From NCBI GenBank assembly GCA_963739455.1, contig CAVUAK010000001.1, positions 640,001-704,000 on the forward strand: DNA of 64,000 nucleotides, written 5' to 3'. Source of the DNA: an uncultured Gemmatimonadales bacterium (lineage in GTDB: Bacteria > Gemmatimonadota > Gemmatimonadetes > Gemmatimonadales > GWC2-71-9). Under the pieces are notes generated by a model. The model saw only the letters and a list, made by a program, of their open reading frames with translations. It was not told the DNA's origin and searched no databases. Within the stretch, counting starts at the first letter, position 1. The number at the start of each line of letters is the position of its first letter. The position numbers and the translations under genes were made by a program. Shown piece after piece: positions 38,547 to 48,226 of this stretch.

Positions 38547-41084
38547 ATGGTCGAGGGCCGGATGCGCGAGCAGCACATGCGCAGGGCGAGCTATTTCCTG
38601 CTGACACTGGCATGTGGCGCATTGTGCCCCGCAGGGGCGCAGGCCCAGGACGCGCCTTATCGCCCCGCTCTGGCCCAGCTTCGCGCCGCACTCGACAGTA
38701 CACGGAGCGAACTCGACGTCGATCGTGTCGCCGCCGAGTGGGCCGTCGCGGGAAACGGCCCGACCCGCCGTCTCGGTCAGGCCTACATCCAGTTGCGAAG
38801 AGGAACGCTCGACCAGGAGCGCACCACGCTGGTTGCGGCGTGGGACGAGTTCGAGCAGGTGGTAACGGGTCATCCCGACTGGCCATATGCCCGTTTCGGG
38901 CTGGCGATGGCAGGGTTCCAGTTGTACAACCGGCACTACTCCGCGCCGGCCCTGTACGATGGCATGGCTGGCGGCACTCACTACGATGGCGTCGCGATCC
39001 AGCTGAGCCGGATGCTTCAGGACGAGCCCGGCTTTCAGCCCGGCGTGGACTGGGTTGCTTCCACGCTCGCGAGCGAGGGCGATCGTGCGCAGCGAGCCCC
39101 GGTGGTCGCAGTCCTGCGCTTCATCGCCGACTCGACGGCATCCACCAATCCCGGCATCCAGCTGATCCTCGCGCGCGCAGACCGTCTCGACGGCGATACG
39201 CAGCGATCGCTCGACCGGATCGACTCCTACCTGCGCGAGGGTGGTGATTCGGGGATAGCGGCGCTTGAGCGCGCGCGCTCGCTCGCCGCCCTGGACTCGC
39301 TCTCCTCCGCTGCCAGCAGCTACATGTCCGGCACCGCCATCCAGACTGCCGCGGCACGCGACATCTACCGACTCGACCTGTCGTGGGTCGCAACGGAGCT
39401 GGAGCTCAGCCAGTACGATCGTCTTGCCGCCGATTCTGTCACGGTGTTCGTGCAGCGGTTCTGGGCAAAGCGCGACGCGCGCGAGCTTCGTCCCGCTGGC
39501 AGCAGGCTTCAGGAACACCTGCGCCGGTGGGTGTATGTCAGCCAGAATTTCCGGGTGGATGATCCCGGGCGGCGTACCATGCTGAGCCAGGTACGCATCC
39601 CGAACCCGAATGAATCATGCGCGAGCGGGAAGCGCACGCTGGATGACTACAGCTATGTCGAGCCCACATTCCACGACTATCGAAGCCCGGAGCGTGTCTT
39701 CGATCATCGCGCGACGGTTTATATGCGACACGGCGAACCGCTCTACCAGTTCAGTGGCGACACGACGTCGACAGCGCTGATCGCCACCACTCGCGGCAAC
39801 ACGCGGACGAATGGTTACGACGAGGCCTTCTCTCGCGTTGCACAGCCGGGAATGGCCGCGAGCTCGGATCCCATCGCGGCGATCGCAAGCCAGTATCCGG
39901 GCGCAGGGACAACCAGTCCGGCCAGCGCGTTCAGGGCAACACAGTCGCAGAACAGAGTCATGAACACCCCGACAACAGACCCCCGCGTGCCAACCGCGCC
40001 GTATACCGCCGCCTATGCCGATCGCAACGTGACCTGGGTCTACAACCTCGGTGGCCAGATCCGTGCGTTCACCTTCCAGGGGCACGAAGCGCTGGGCACA
40101 AGTCATCCGTCCACGCTGATCGTGGGTCGGGCACCCAACCTCGACGTGCTCCTGCAGGTCGGCTCGTACTCCGAGTCGTACATCAAGCTGGCCAACGCCG
40201 TCGAACAGCGCCTGTTGCATGACAACATGATCCCGCTGAGTTGTACCCGGGCATACCGTGATGTCATTCGAGAGCAGCAGGAGGGAGCGGCCGTGGCGGT
40301 GCGCACCGACAGTTACGAGCGCCGCTTCAAGAAGCCGATATCCTCGATGATCCAGGTTGCCGCGATGGGTCAGCCCTCATCCGGCACCGGTGAGGTGCTG
40401 GTGGCCGTGGGCGTCAAGATGAATGAACTCGAGGAGGTGGCCGGAACGAGCAATGGTGGAAAGGCGGGTTACATAGTCCGGGTGGAGCTGGCTGCGATTG
40501 ACAGCATCCGCGGCGAGGTGATCTCCGTGGACACGGTTCGTCGTTTCCTGGCTCGGCGCGAACAGTCGGGCTGGCTGTCATTCGTCACGACAATGCCACT
40601 GCGCCCCGGGCTGGCCGAGTTCCACATGTCGGTGTCACAGGGCGATGAGCGGGGAGTCGTGCAGGCCGTCATACTCGATCCTGCGTCGGGGGGATTCTCG
40701 GCGAGCGACATCGTACTCGGAACGGCCTCCGGCCCCGCGTCCTGGCTGCGCGATGGGGCGACGGTCTCGGTGAACCCCTACAATGCCTACCGCACCGACG
40801 ATGCATTGAGCATGTACCAGGAGCTCTATGGACTGACGCCGGGAATGACCTATCGCACGATGGTGTCGCTCCGGGAGGTCAAGAAGGGAAAGAAGGCGAA
40901 GGGAATGAAGGTGGCGCTCAACTTCGAGGAGACAGCCGCCACCCCGACACTTGCCACATCAAGGGAGCTGGCGCTCGACAACGTAAAGCCGGGGCTCTAC
41001 GACCTGCTCATTGATGTGGAGGAGGTGTCCACCGGCCGCACCGTACACCGCGAGCGCTCGATCGCGGTGTACGCCAAGCCATAG
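38547..41084 (+). CDS. Secreted GWxTD-like domain protein, paralog 4 (intact)
   Basis: AQA-QDAPYR; FWAKRD, RLQEHLRRW, DHRATVYMRHGEP; start could be 38562 or 38577. Confidence 0.8.
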   Translation: MVEGRMREQHMRRASYFLLTLACGALCPAGAQAQDAPYRPALAQLRAALDSTRSELDVDRVAAEWAVAGNGPTRRLGQAYIQLRRGTLDQERTTLVAAWDEFEQVVTGHPDWPYARFGLAMAGFQLYNRHYSAPALYDGMAGGTHYDGVAIQLSRMLQDEPGFQPGVDWVASTLASEGDRAQRAPVVAVLRFIADSTASTNPGIQLILARADRLDGDTQRSLDRIDSYLREGGDSGIAALERARSLAALDSLSSAASSYMSGTAIQTAAARDIYRLDLSWVATELELSQYDRLAADSVTVFVQRFWAKRDARELRPAGSRLQEHLRRWVYVSQNFRVDDPGRRTMLSQVRIPNPNESCASGKRTLDDYSYVEPTFHDYRSPERVFDHRATVYMRHGEPLYQFSGDTTSTALIATTRGNTRTNGYDEAFSRVAQPGMAASSDPIAAIASQYPGAGTTSPASAFRATQSQNRVMNTPTTDPRVPTAPYTAAYADRNVTWVYNLGGQIRAFTFQGHEALGTSHPSTLIVGRAPNLDVLLQVGSYSESYIKLANAVEQRLLHDNMIPLSCTRAYRDVIREQQEGAAVAVRTDSYERRFKKPISSMIQVAAMGQPSSGTGEVLVAVGVKMNELEEVAGTSNGGKAGYIVRVELAAIDSIRGEVISVDTVRRFLARREQSGWLSFVTTMPLRPGLAEFHMSVSQGDERGVVQAVILDPASGGFSASDIVLGTASGPASWLRDGATVSVNPYNAYRTDDALSMYQELYGLTPGMTYRTMVSLREVKKGKKAKGMKVALNFEETAATPTLATSRELALDNVKPGLYDLLIDVEEVSTGRTVHRERSIAVYAKP

Positions 41085-41092
41085 GAGGCGAA

Positions 41093-42106
41093 CTACGCCG
41101 GCTGTTTCGCGGCTGAGCTGTCGCGCGTCCGCCACTTCATCTCCGGTGCCTTGGGAATGGTGCCCGACACGGTCACCGTCTTCTTGTTGCGCAGGATCTC
41201 GAACTTCACCGCATTCCCCGGATCGTAGGACCGGAGGATGCGGTGCATCTGCGCCGTGTTGGCCGGCTTCCGGCCATCGATCATCAGCACCACGTCGCCA
41301 CCCTTCAGGCCGAGCGTCGATCCCTGCGGCACGTTTATCACGAGCACGCCGTCGGTCGCACCGAAGTACGGGGCCAGGTCAGGGTTGAGCGGCACGAGCT
41401 CCAGCTCCTCGAGTTCCGACGATACGAACACCCGGAACGGCATGTCACCGCCATCCATCGGCATCCGCATCCTCATGCCCGGCTCCATTGGCATGCGCAT
41501 GCCCATGCCCGGCATCAACCCGCCTTCAAAGCCATCGGGGCCCTGGCCGTTGAAATTGAAGGTGAACTCCCGGTTCCCGTCAGGCGTCATGACGAAGACG
41601 TTGTCCGGGTCCTCCTGCGTCACCAGCTTCGTCGTGCGCGCCGCTTTCCCGCGACGGTACTCCACCAGGATCGTGTCGTTGGCGGGCAGGCGAGCCGCAA
41701 GTTCGATGAGGCGCATGCCGGGCAGCGAGCGCTCTCCATTGTCCGGCTTTGCCGGCAGCGGCTTCCCGTCGACGATGGTGACGCTGACAAGTGGCGTGCC
41801 GTCGATCCGCGTGAGGATGTCACCCGACTCGAGACCGGCCTTCGCTGCTGGTCCGCCCGGCGTCACGCCCGCGATGTAGGCTCCGATCGAGTCGCTGGTA
41901 CGCGCCTGCAGGTTGACCTTGATGCCAAGCCGTGCACGCCGGGTCATCATCATGTTTTCCATGTCGCCAGTCATGCTCCGCATCGGGCTGTCGTCGCGCT
42001 CGATGAACACCTGCGACCTCGGCGGCCCCGGCTGCGGGTCCTGTGCTGCGAGCGGCGCGGCGGCGGCCACCAGCGCGAGTGCGATCACCAGGTTCATGCG
42101 GTACAT
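41093..42106 (-). CDS. Secreted tandem PDZ domain protein
   Basis: Signal peptide; two PDZ (GPAAKAGLESGD, LGLKGGDVV); Met-rich linker; no protease domain seen. Confidence 0.8.
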   Translation of the reverse strand: MYRMNLVIALALVAAAAPLAAQDPQPGPPRSQVFIERDDSPMRSMTGDMENMMMTRRARLGIKVNLQARTSDSIGAYIAGVTPGGPAAKAGLESGDILTRIDGTPLVSVTIVDGKPLPAKPDNGERSLPGMRLIELAARLPANDTILVEYRRGKAARTTKLVTQEDPDNVFVMTPDGNREFTFNFNGQGPDGFEGGLMPGMGMRMPMEPGMRMRMPMDGGDMPFRVFVSSELEELELVPLNPDLAPYFGATDGVLVINVPQGSTLGLKGGDVVLMIDGRKPANTAQMHRILRSYDPGNAVKFEILRNKKTVTVSGTIPKAPEMKWRTRDSSAAKQPA

Positions 42107-42122
42107 GCCATCTCCTCCGGGC

Positions 42123-42731
42123 TCAAAGCCCGACGTTGCTCGCGCGAGTGACGTGCACATCCACCAGCGCATCAAGAAGTCCCACTCGTTCCTGCCAAAG
42201 CTGCGTCAGGTCGGGGCCACCGATTCCGGGTGGCGCCGCGAGCTCGGTGCGTTCCATCCGGCGGTCCACGTCGGCGATGCGATCCTCGAGATCCGCAGCG
42301 ACCCGGCTGGTGCGTCCATCGAGCACGCGCGTCTCGGGACCATAGGCACCGATCGCGGCTTCCAGTGCCCGTGAGCGCTGCTGCAGCGATGACAACTCGC
42401 GTGCCGAAGACGCCGCGGCGGCCGCTGGCATCGGCCGCTTCACCAATAGCGCCAGGGCAAGCGAGGCGGCGAGCGCCATGGCGCCCGCCGTCATCCAGCG
42501 AATCCGCCGCTGCCGGCGCACCGTGTTGACCCTCGCGGCCACGCGGGGCCACTGGTCCCGCGCCGGCCGCAGGGTGGGCAGGGCCCGCAGGCGCGCCGAG
42601 CGCTGCTCAAGGCGATCCTGTTCAAGCCGGCAGGTCTCGCACTGTTCCAGGTGCTCCCGCTGGGCCGTCGTTCCGGGCTCGACGCCCGGCTCACGCAGTG
42701 CCAGCAGTTGTTCCATCGTCAGGTGTGTCAT
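42123..42731 (-). CDS. Anti-sigma factor with zf-HC2-like motif
   Basis: HLEQCETC, TM helix, coupled to the ECF sigma gene. Confidence 0.8.
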   Translation of the reverse strand: MTHLTMEQLLALREPGVEPGTTAQREHLEQCETCRLEQDRLEQRSARLRALPTLRPARDQWPRVAARVNTVRRQRRIRWMTAGAMALAASLALALLVKRPMPAAAAASSARELSSLQQRSRALEAAIGAYGPETRVLDGRTSRVAADLEDRIADVDRRMERTELAAPPGIGGPDLTQLWQERVGLLDALVDVHVTRASNVGL

Positions 42732-43282
42732 CCGAACGCCTCCTCTCCCAGCCAGACCCGCAAGCGCGTATGCGCGCGGGCGAGCTGGGACTTCGAAAAA
42801 CTTGCGGTCTTCCCCATCATCGCGGCGATTTCTTCGTGGGTGTATCCCTCGACATCGTGCAGCCACACCACCGCGCGCGACGTCTCACCCAGCCGCTCGA
42901 GCGCCGCTTCGAGATCCATGCGAAGCGCGGTGTCCTCGCGCTTGTGCTCCATCACGTCATCGTGCAGCTCATCGGCGTCGCGATACTTGTTCCGCCGGAG
43001 GCGCATGAGCGCCTTGCTCGCCGCGATCGTCCTGACCCATCCCCAGAGGCTGCCGTCCTGGCGATACCGCCCGATACTGCGGCAGACCTCGAAGAAGGTC
43101 TCCTGCAGCACGTCCTCAGCGTCCTCGGTGGTGCGGCAGATCCGGCGGGCGAGGTTGTACACGGGGACCTCGAAGGCTCGATAGAGAGCCTCGAGGGCAG
43201 CCGCATCACCCTGGCGGGCCTGGGCCACCACCGATTCGGCATTGGCGATCGGGTACAAGTCCATTGGCAGCGCTCTGGTCAT
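42728..43282 (-). CDS. ECF RNA polymerase sigma factor
   Basis: DAEDVLQETF, GWVRTIA, HDVEGYTHEEIA. Confidence 0.92.
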   Translation of the reverse strand: MTRALPMDLYPIANAESVVAQARQGDAAALEALYRAFEVPVYNLARRICRTTEDAEDVLQETFFEVCRSIGRYRQDGSLWGWVRTIAASKALMRLRRNKYRDADELHDDVMEHKREDTALRMDLEAALERLGETSRAVVWLHDVEGYTHEEIAAMMGKTASFSKSQLARAHTRLRVWLGEEAFG

Positions 43283-43293
43283 GGCACAGGTAA

Positions 43294-43321
43294 AGATGCC
43301 GGAGGGGGGAGGAGGGTTGCA
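43294..43321 (-). promoter_or_regulatory. Candidate autoregulatory ECF promoter
   Basis: TGCAAC-N17-CATCT on the minus strand just upstream of the sigma gene. Confidence 0.4.
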
Positions 43322-43375
43322 GGGAGGGCGGGGAGGGCGGGGAGGGCGGGGAGGGCGGGGAGGGCGGGGAGGGCG
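43322..43375. repeat. Perfect 9-bp tandem repeat (GGGAGGGCG)x6
   Basis: Directly visible in the divergent intergenic region. Confidence 0.95.
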
Positions 43376-43424
43376 GGGCCAAGGTGCTGCGAAAGAACAT
43401 GATGAGATGCCCTATATTTCGCCC

Positions 43425-44558
43425 ATGGCGTCATCCCCGCCTTCCCCGCCCTCCCCGCCTTCCGATTGGCTGCACCACCTCGCTGACGAGGCTGATGCGG
43501 CATTCCTCTATCGCGAGCTGGCCCAGGCCGAAAGTGACCCCGGCCGATCGAAGATCTACGGCCAGCTCGCCGAGGTCGAGGACCGGCATGTCGAAGCGTG
43601 GCAGAAGCTGCTCACCGAGCAGGGGCACGTGGTGACGGTACCAGCACCGTCGCGGGACGCCCGGCTCCGCGCGTGGGTAGCGCGCCGTATCGGGCCGGGC
43701 GTGGTGCTGCCACTGCTGCTCGAGGAAGAGGGCCGCGAGGTCAAGAGTTACCTCTCGATGTATCGCGATGAGCCCCAGGGCGCGGCCGGTCCGACGGCCC
43801 TCAAGCTCGCGCGCGAGTCGAAGGAACACGCCGAGCGTCTCGCCTCGATGGGCGGCGGTGCCGCGGAACCGTGGCACAAGACCGGGGCGGGTGGTTTCCT
43901 CCGGAACGTCGTTTACGGCTTCAATGACGGACTCACCGCCAATTTCGGCCTCGTGGCCGGCATGATCGGCGCACAGGGCGCCAACCTTGGCGGTCACGCG
44001 GTGCTGGTGGCTGGCGTCGCAGGCATGGTGGCCGACGCATTGTCGATGGCGTCGTCGGGCTATCTCGCCGCGAAGAGCGAGCGCGAGGTGTTCGAGCACG
44101 AAATCGCGATGGAGCGGGACGAGATCAAGCTCATGCCCGAGCTCGAGGGCGAAGAGCTGAGCCTCATCTACCAGGCGAAGGGCATTCCCGCAGCACAGGC
44201 CGACGCACTTGCCGCCGAGGTGATGAAGGACCCCGAGCGCGCGCTCGCCGAAAAGGTGCGCGAGGAACTGGGCATCGGTGAGGCCACGAGCACGCCGATG
44301 CGTGAGGCATGGATTACCGGGACGGCCACGGCACTCGGCGCGCTTATCCCGGTAGCGCCCTTCTTCTTCGGCCGCGGACCGCTCGTCATCTGGACGTCGT
44401 TCGCGCTCGCAATGCTGAGCCACTTTGCCGTCGGCGCGGCGCGCAGTTTCTTCACCGGCCGCGGCGTGATCCGAAGTGGCATGGACATGTTCCTGGTGGG
44501 GCTTGGCGTGGCCGGCATCGGCTATGTAGTGGGCGACTGGATCGTACGACTCCTCTAG
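43425..44558 (+). CDS. VIT1/CCC1 transporter with N-terminal rubrerythrin/ferritin-like domain
   Basis: E...Y, E..H motifs; LRNVVYGFNDGL, ALSMASSGYL. Confidence 0.88.
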   Translation: MASSPPSPPSPPSDWLHHLADEADAAFLYRELAQAESDPGRSKIYGQLAEVEDRHVEAWQKLLTEQGHVVTVPAPSRDARLRAWVARRIGPGVVLPLLLEEEGREVKSYLSMYRDEPQGAAGPTALKLARESKEHAERLASMGGGAAEPWHKTGAGGFLRNVVYGFNDGLTANFGLVAGMIGAQGANLGGHAVLVAGVAGMVADALSMASSGYLAAKSEREVFEHEIAMERDEIKLMPELEGEELSLIYQAKGIPAAQADALAAEVMKDPERALAEKVREELGIGEATSTPMREAWITGTATALGALIPVAPFFFGRGPLVIWTSFALAMLSHFAVGAARSFFTGRGVIRSGMDMFLVGLGVAGIGYVVGDWIVRLL

Positions 44559-44563
44559 ATCGC

Positions 44564-46495
44564 GTGGACTCACCCGGCGCGATCACCCTTCCGCCGCGGT
44601 TCCGGCTCGATCGCGAGATCGGGCGCGGCGGCATGGCAGTCGTTTATCGCGCGCACGACCACCACCTCGACCGTTTCGTCGCCATCAAGGTGCTGTCCGC
44701 CGACTGGTCGCGCGGGGTCGGGAGTGATCGCTTCCAGCGCGAGATCGGGTTGATGGCCCGACTGGTTCATCCCGGCATCGTGGCACTGTTCGATTCCGGC
44801 GAAGTGGATGGACGGCTCTTCTATGTCATGCCGTTCGTCGCAGGCGAGACCCTCCGCGATCGCCTGACCCGCACCGGCCGCATGCCTGTCGAGGAGGCCG
44901 CAGCGCTCGGTGCAGACATCGCCGAGGCACTCGCCTATGCACACGGCCTTGGCATCGTGCACCGGGACGTCAAGCCGGAGAACATCTTCTCGGTCAGCGG
45001 GCGCGCCGTGCTGGCTGACTTCGGCATCGCCCGCGTCAACGACCAGGCTGATCGAAGTGCCCTGACAACGGCGGGAGTCGTCGTGGGGACGCTGTCGTAC
45101 ATGAGCCCGGAACAGGCATCGGCCGATGCGGGCCTGGACGGTCGCTCGGACCTCTATAGCCTGGGCTGTGTGCTCTATGAGTTGCTGACGGGCCGGGCGC
45201 CATTCGTTGCGACCACGCCCCTCGCCATCATGGCGAAGCACATGACGGAGACACCGCGTCCCCCCGGCACGCAGGGCGTGGAAGTGCCTGCCGCAATGGA
45301 TGCGATCATCATGCAACTGCTCGCCAAGGACGCTGGTGAGCGACCGAGACATGCCGGTGACGTGGCGCTGGCCCTGCGCGCGATGGCACAGCGACCCACC
45401 GCCGTCTCACCTCCGACCCCGGCGCCCGAACACTCTCCTGTACCGCGAAGCGATAGCGGGGCCAGCGCGGCGAGCGAGGTGAACCGCCTCATTGCCGAGG
45501 GGAAGCGGGCGTTCCGGTTGTATAGCCCCGGAGAGGGGGCCAAGGCGCGGACACGTCTCGATGAGGCGAAGACCTACCTGGACCGCGCGCTCGCACTGGA
45601 TCCCCGGAACGCACACGGTCTCTCCATGATGGGCAACTGGCACTTCGTGGCCGGCATCAGCGGAATCATGGATCGCGAGGAGGCCTTTGCACGGGGACGC
45701 GAGCTCATCATGGCGGCGCTCGCCGCCGATGACCAGGTCGCCGAAGTGCAGTGTTCCATGGCCAAGCTTGCGCTCTACTATGACGACGATTTCCACGCCG
45801 CCGCGCGCCACGTGGAGCGCGCCATCCAGCTGGACCCATTCGACCGCGAGGCACTGCGGCTGCAGAGCATCGTGTTCAAGATCCTGGGTCGCACCGATGA
45901 CGCGGTGCGCGCCGCCCAGGCCGCGACCGAGCGAGCACCCCGGGAGCCGGTGACGTGGAATTCACTGGGCGATGCGCTGCTGGCGGCCGGCCGGAATGCC
46001 GAGGCGGTCGATGCCCTGAAGCGGGCCATCAGCCTGCAGTCCGGGTACGGCCCCGCCCTCGAGCGCCTCGAGATCGCCCGCGGGCGACTCGGGGAGCATG
46101 AACTTGCGCTCGAGATCCGGAGTTCACGAATTCGCCTTTCGGGCGATCGCGAGCGTGCTGACCTGCTGGACCGCGAGGGGCTGGAGGCGGGCGCGGCAAC
46201 CGCGCTGCAACGCGACCTGCGCCGCGAGCTGAGCGCCCTGCTCTCGGAGGCGGCGCGAACGGACGCATTCGCAGAGTATTTCACCACCCGGACGACCGCC
46301 GACCGAATCGTCATGGTCTGTATCGAACTGGGTGATTGGCAGACCGCGATGGACTGGGTGGAACAGTCCTACCAGCGACGACCGGGACGGCTCCGGCGGC
46401 TGCTCACCGAGCTTCCCTTCGATCGCCGTGCGCTCGCCGTCGACCCACGGTATGCTCGCCTGCTTCGCGTGGCCGGCCTGGAAGAGCTGATCTGA
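44564..46495 (+). CDS. Ser/Thr protein kinase with TPR repeats
   Basis: GRGGMA, VAIK, HRDVKPEN, DFG, YMSPEQ, DLYSLG; C-terminal TPRs. Confidence 0.9.
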   Translation: MDSPGAITLPPRFRLDREIGRGGMAVVYRAHDHHLDRFVAIKVLSADWSRGVGSDRFQREIGLMARLVHPGIVALFDSGEVDGRLFYVMPFVAGETLRDRLTRTGRMPVEEAAALGADIAEALAYAHGLGIVHRDVKPENIFSVSGRAVLADFGIARVNDQADRSALTTAGVVVGTLSYMSPEQASADAGLDGRSDLYSLGCVLYELLTGRAPFVATTPLAIMAKHMTETPRPPGTQGVEVPAAMDAIIMQLLAKDAGERPRHAGDVALALRAMAQRPTAVSPPTPAPEHSPVPRSDSGASAASEVNRLIAEGKRAFRLYSPGEGAKARTRLDEAKTYLDRALALDPRNAHGLSMMGNWHFVAGISGIMDREEAFARGRELIMAALAADDQVAEVQCSMAKLALYYDDDFHAAARHVERAIQLDPFDREALRLQSIVFKILGRTDDAVRAAQAATERAPREPVTWNSLGDALLAAGRNAEAVDALKRAISLQSGYGPALERLEIARGRLGEHELALEIRSSRIRLSGDRERADLLDREGLEAGAATALQRDLRRELSALLSEAARTDAFAEYFTTRTTADRIVMVCIELGDWQTAMDWVEQSYQRRPGRLRRLLTELPFDRRALAVDPRYARLLRVAGLEELI

Positions 46496-46502
46496 CCCGC
46501 GC

Positions 46503-46531
46503 TTGACACCACCGCTGGTTTCGCGTATCTC
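46503..46531 (+). promoter_or_regulatory. Sigma70-type promoter of the sulfur operon
   Basis: TTGACA-N17-TATCTC. Confidence 0.6.
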
Positions 46532-46548
46532 TGGATACGACAATTGAT

Positions 46549-46600
46549 TCGTGGTCATTTGCCGCGTATTGCAGCCACGTTAAACAAATGCTAAAAAGCG
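46549..46600 (+). ncRNA. SAM-II (SAM_alpha-like) riboswitch aptamer
   Basis: P1 CGTGGT/GCCACG, ATTT loop, GTATTGCA, TTAAACAA, GCTAAAAA-GCG tail; matches the SAM-II pseudoknot pattern and precedes sulfur amino acid genes. Confidence 0.82.
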
Positions 46601-46603
46601 AGA

Positions 46604-46636
46604 CGTCCGCGCCTCGTTGCCGCGGGCGCTTTTTTT
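46604..46636 (+). terminator. Riboswitch expression-platform terminator
   Basis: CGTCCGCG/CGCGGGCG stem followed by C and T7. Confidence 0.7.
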
Positions 46637-46669
46637 CGTCGCCAGTTCCTGGGCGACAGGGATGCCTGC

Positions 46670-47933
46670 ATGACCGCAGCCGCTGTTTCTCCGAAGGTGC
46701 GTGCGCTTCCGCTCCGGTGCCGCAATTGTGGCGTGGAGACCGAGCCGGCGCCCAAGGCCATCTGCGAAGAGTGCCTGGGACCGCTCGAGCCACTCTATGA
46801 TCCTGCGCGGCACTTGCCGACGCGTGCCGAGATTGGCGCGCGGGCAGCGTCGCTCTGGCGCTACCACGAGTGGCTGCCGCTCGAGGGCACCCCGCCCTAC
46901 TCCCTCGATACCGGGTTCACCCCGCTGGTAGAAGTGCCCCGCCTGGCACCACTGCTCGGCGTGGCGCGGGTGTGGGTGAAGAACGACGCGGTGTCACACC
47001 CGAGCCTGTCGTTCAAGGATCGCGTCGTTGCCGCCGCGATCAATGCGGCCGCGGCGTTCGGCATCGATACCGTCGGCTGCGCCTCCACCGGCAACCTGGC
47101 CAATGCCGTCGCCGCGCAGGCTGCCCGCGCCGGGCTGCCTGCCTGGATCTTCATCCCCGACAACCTCGAGCTGGGCAAGGTCGTGGGTACCTCCGTGTAC
47201 GCACCGAACCTCGTGCGCATCCGGGGCACCTATGACGACGTGAACCGGCTCTGTGCCCAGGTGGCCGATCGCTATGGCTGGGGCATCGTCAACGTGAACC
47301 TGCGCTCGTACTACGGCGAGGGATCGAAGACGGTCGCGTTCGAGATCGCGGAACAGCTCGGCTGGCGCCTGCCGACCGCGGTCGTGGCGCCGATGGCAGG
47401 CGGGTCGCTGGTGTCGAAGCTGGGGAAGGGATTCCGCGAGTTCATCTCGCGCGGGACTGGTGAACGGCGAATCGCCGCGGCTCTACGGGGCGCAGGCCAC
47501 GGGGTGCGCGCCGATCGTGCGGCTGGTCGAGCGCGGCGATGGCCAGCTCATTCCCGAGATCCCGGACACGATTGCGCGCTCGATCGCCATCGGCAACCCG
47601 GCGGATGGCGCGTACGCCGCCGAGTCGATCCGGAAGTCAGGTGGCTGGGCGGCGAGCGTGAGCGATGCCGAACTGGTGAAGGGGATCAAGCTGCTCGCCG
47701 AGACGTCGGGGATCTTCACCGAGACGGCTGGTGGGGTGACACTCGCAAGTGCGCTCGAACTGGCGCGCACCGGTCACTTCCGCGCGGACGACGAGGTAGT
47801 GCTCTGCATTACGGGGAACGGCCTCAAGACGGTCGAGGCCCTGAGCGGTTCATTGGATGAGGCACCGGTGCTGGCACCCCGCCTCCGTGACGTCGCGGAT
47901 CTCGTGGCGCGCACGTCGCAGAATTCACGCTGA
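46670..47933 (+). CDS. Threonine synthase-like fold-type II PLP enzyme; frameshift near 47456
   Basis: CxxC...CxxC N-terminus, G.TPL, SFKDR (PLP Lys), ASTGN, EGSKT, ITGNGLK. Confidence 0.85.
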
Positions 47934-47946
47934 GGAGGGATTCATC

Positions 47947-48222
47947 ATGTCCGTAACGCTTTCCCTGCCCGCTGTCCTGACCCGCCTCACCGATGGTGCC
48001 CGTACGCTCGAGGCGACCGGGGCCACGGTGGGCGATGTGGTACAGGATGTGGCCGGCCGGTTTCCGCAGCTCGCGCCGCGCCTGCGCGACGAGCAGGGCA
48101 ACCCATACTCCTTCGTGACGTTCTACCTGAACGACGAGGACATTCGCTTCACCGGTGGCTTTGCCACCGTCGTGCGGGACGGCGATGAGCTGATCATCGT
48201 GCCCGCCATTGCAGGAGGCTGA
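47947..48222 (+). CDS. MoaD/ThiS/CysO family ubiquitin-like sulfur carrier
   Basis: [23 protein letters not shown]-terminal diglycine; GAGGAGG RBS. Confidence 0.92.
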   Translation: MSVTLSLPAVLTRLTDGARTLEATGATVGDVVQDVAGRFPQLAPRLRDEQGNPYSFVTFYLNDEDIRFTGGFATVVRDGDELIIVPAIAGG

Positions 48223-48226
48223 CTCC

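Noticed and set aside
29269..41084. Paralog array as a diversity-generating retroelement or shufflon
   Set aside because: No reverse transcriptase, recombinase, adenine-specific TR/VR pair or inverted crossover sites seen.
43242..43424. N-terminal RGG/GRG extension of the VIT1 ORF
   Set aside because: It is only the translation of the 9-bp repeat and overlaps the opposite-strand sigma gene. ATG 43425 with a -10 box is the better start.
46544..46594. TTG-started 16-aa ORF ending in Cys as a leader peptide
   Set aside because: It lies entirely within the SAM-II-like aptamer, has only one Cys and no RBS.
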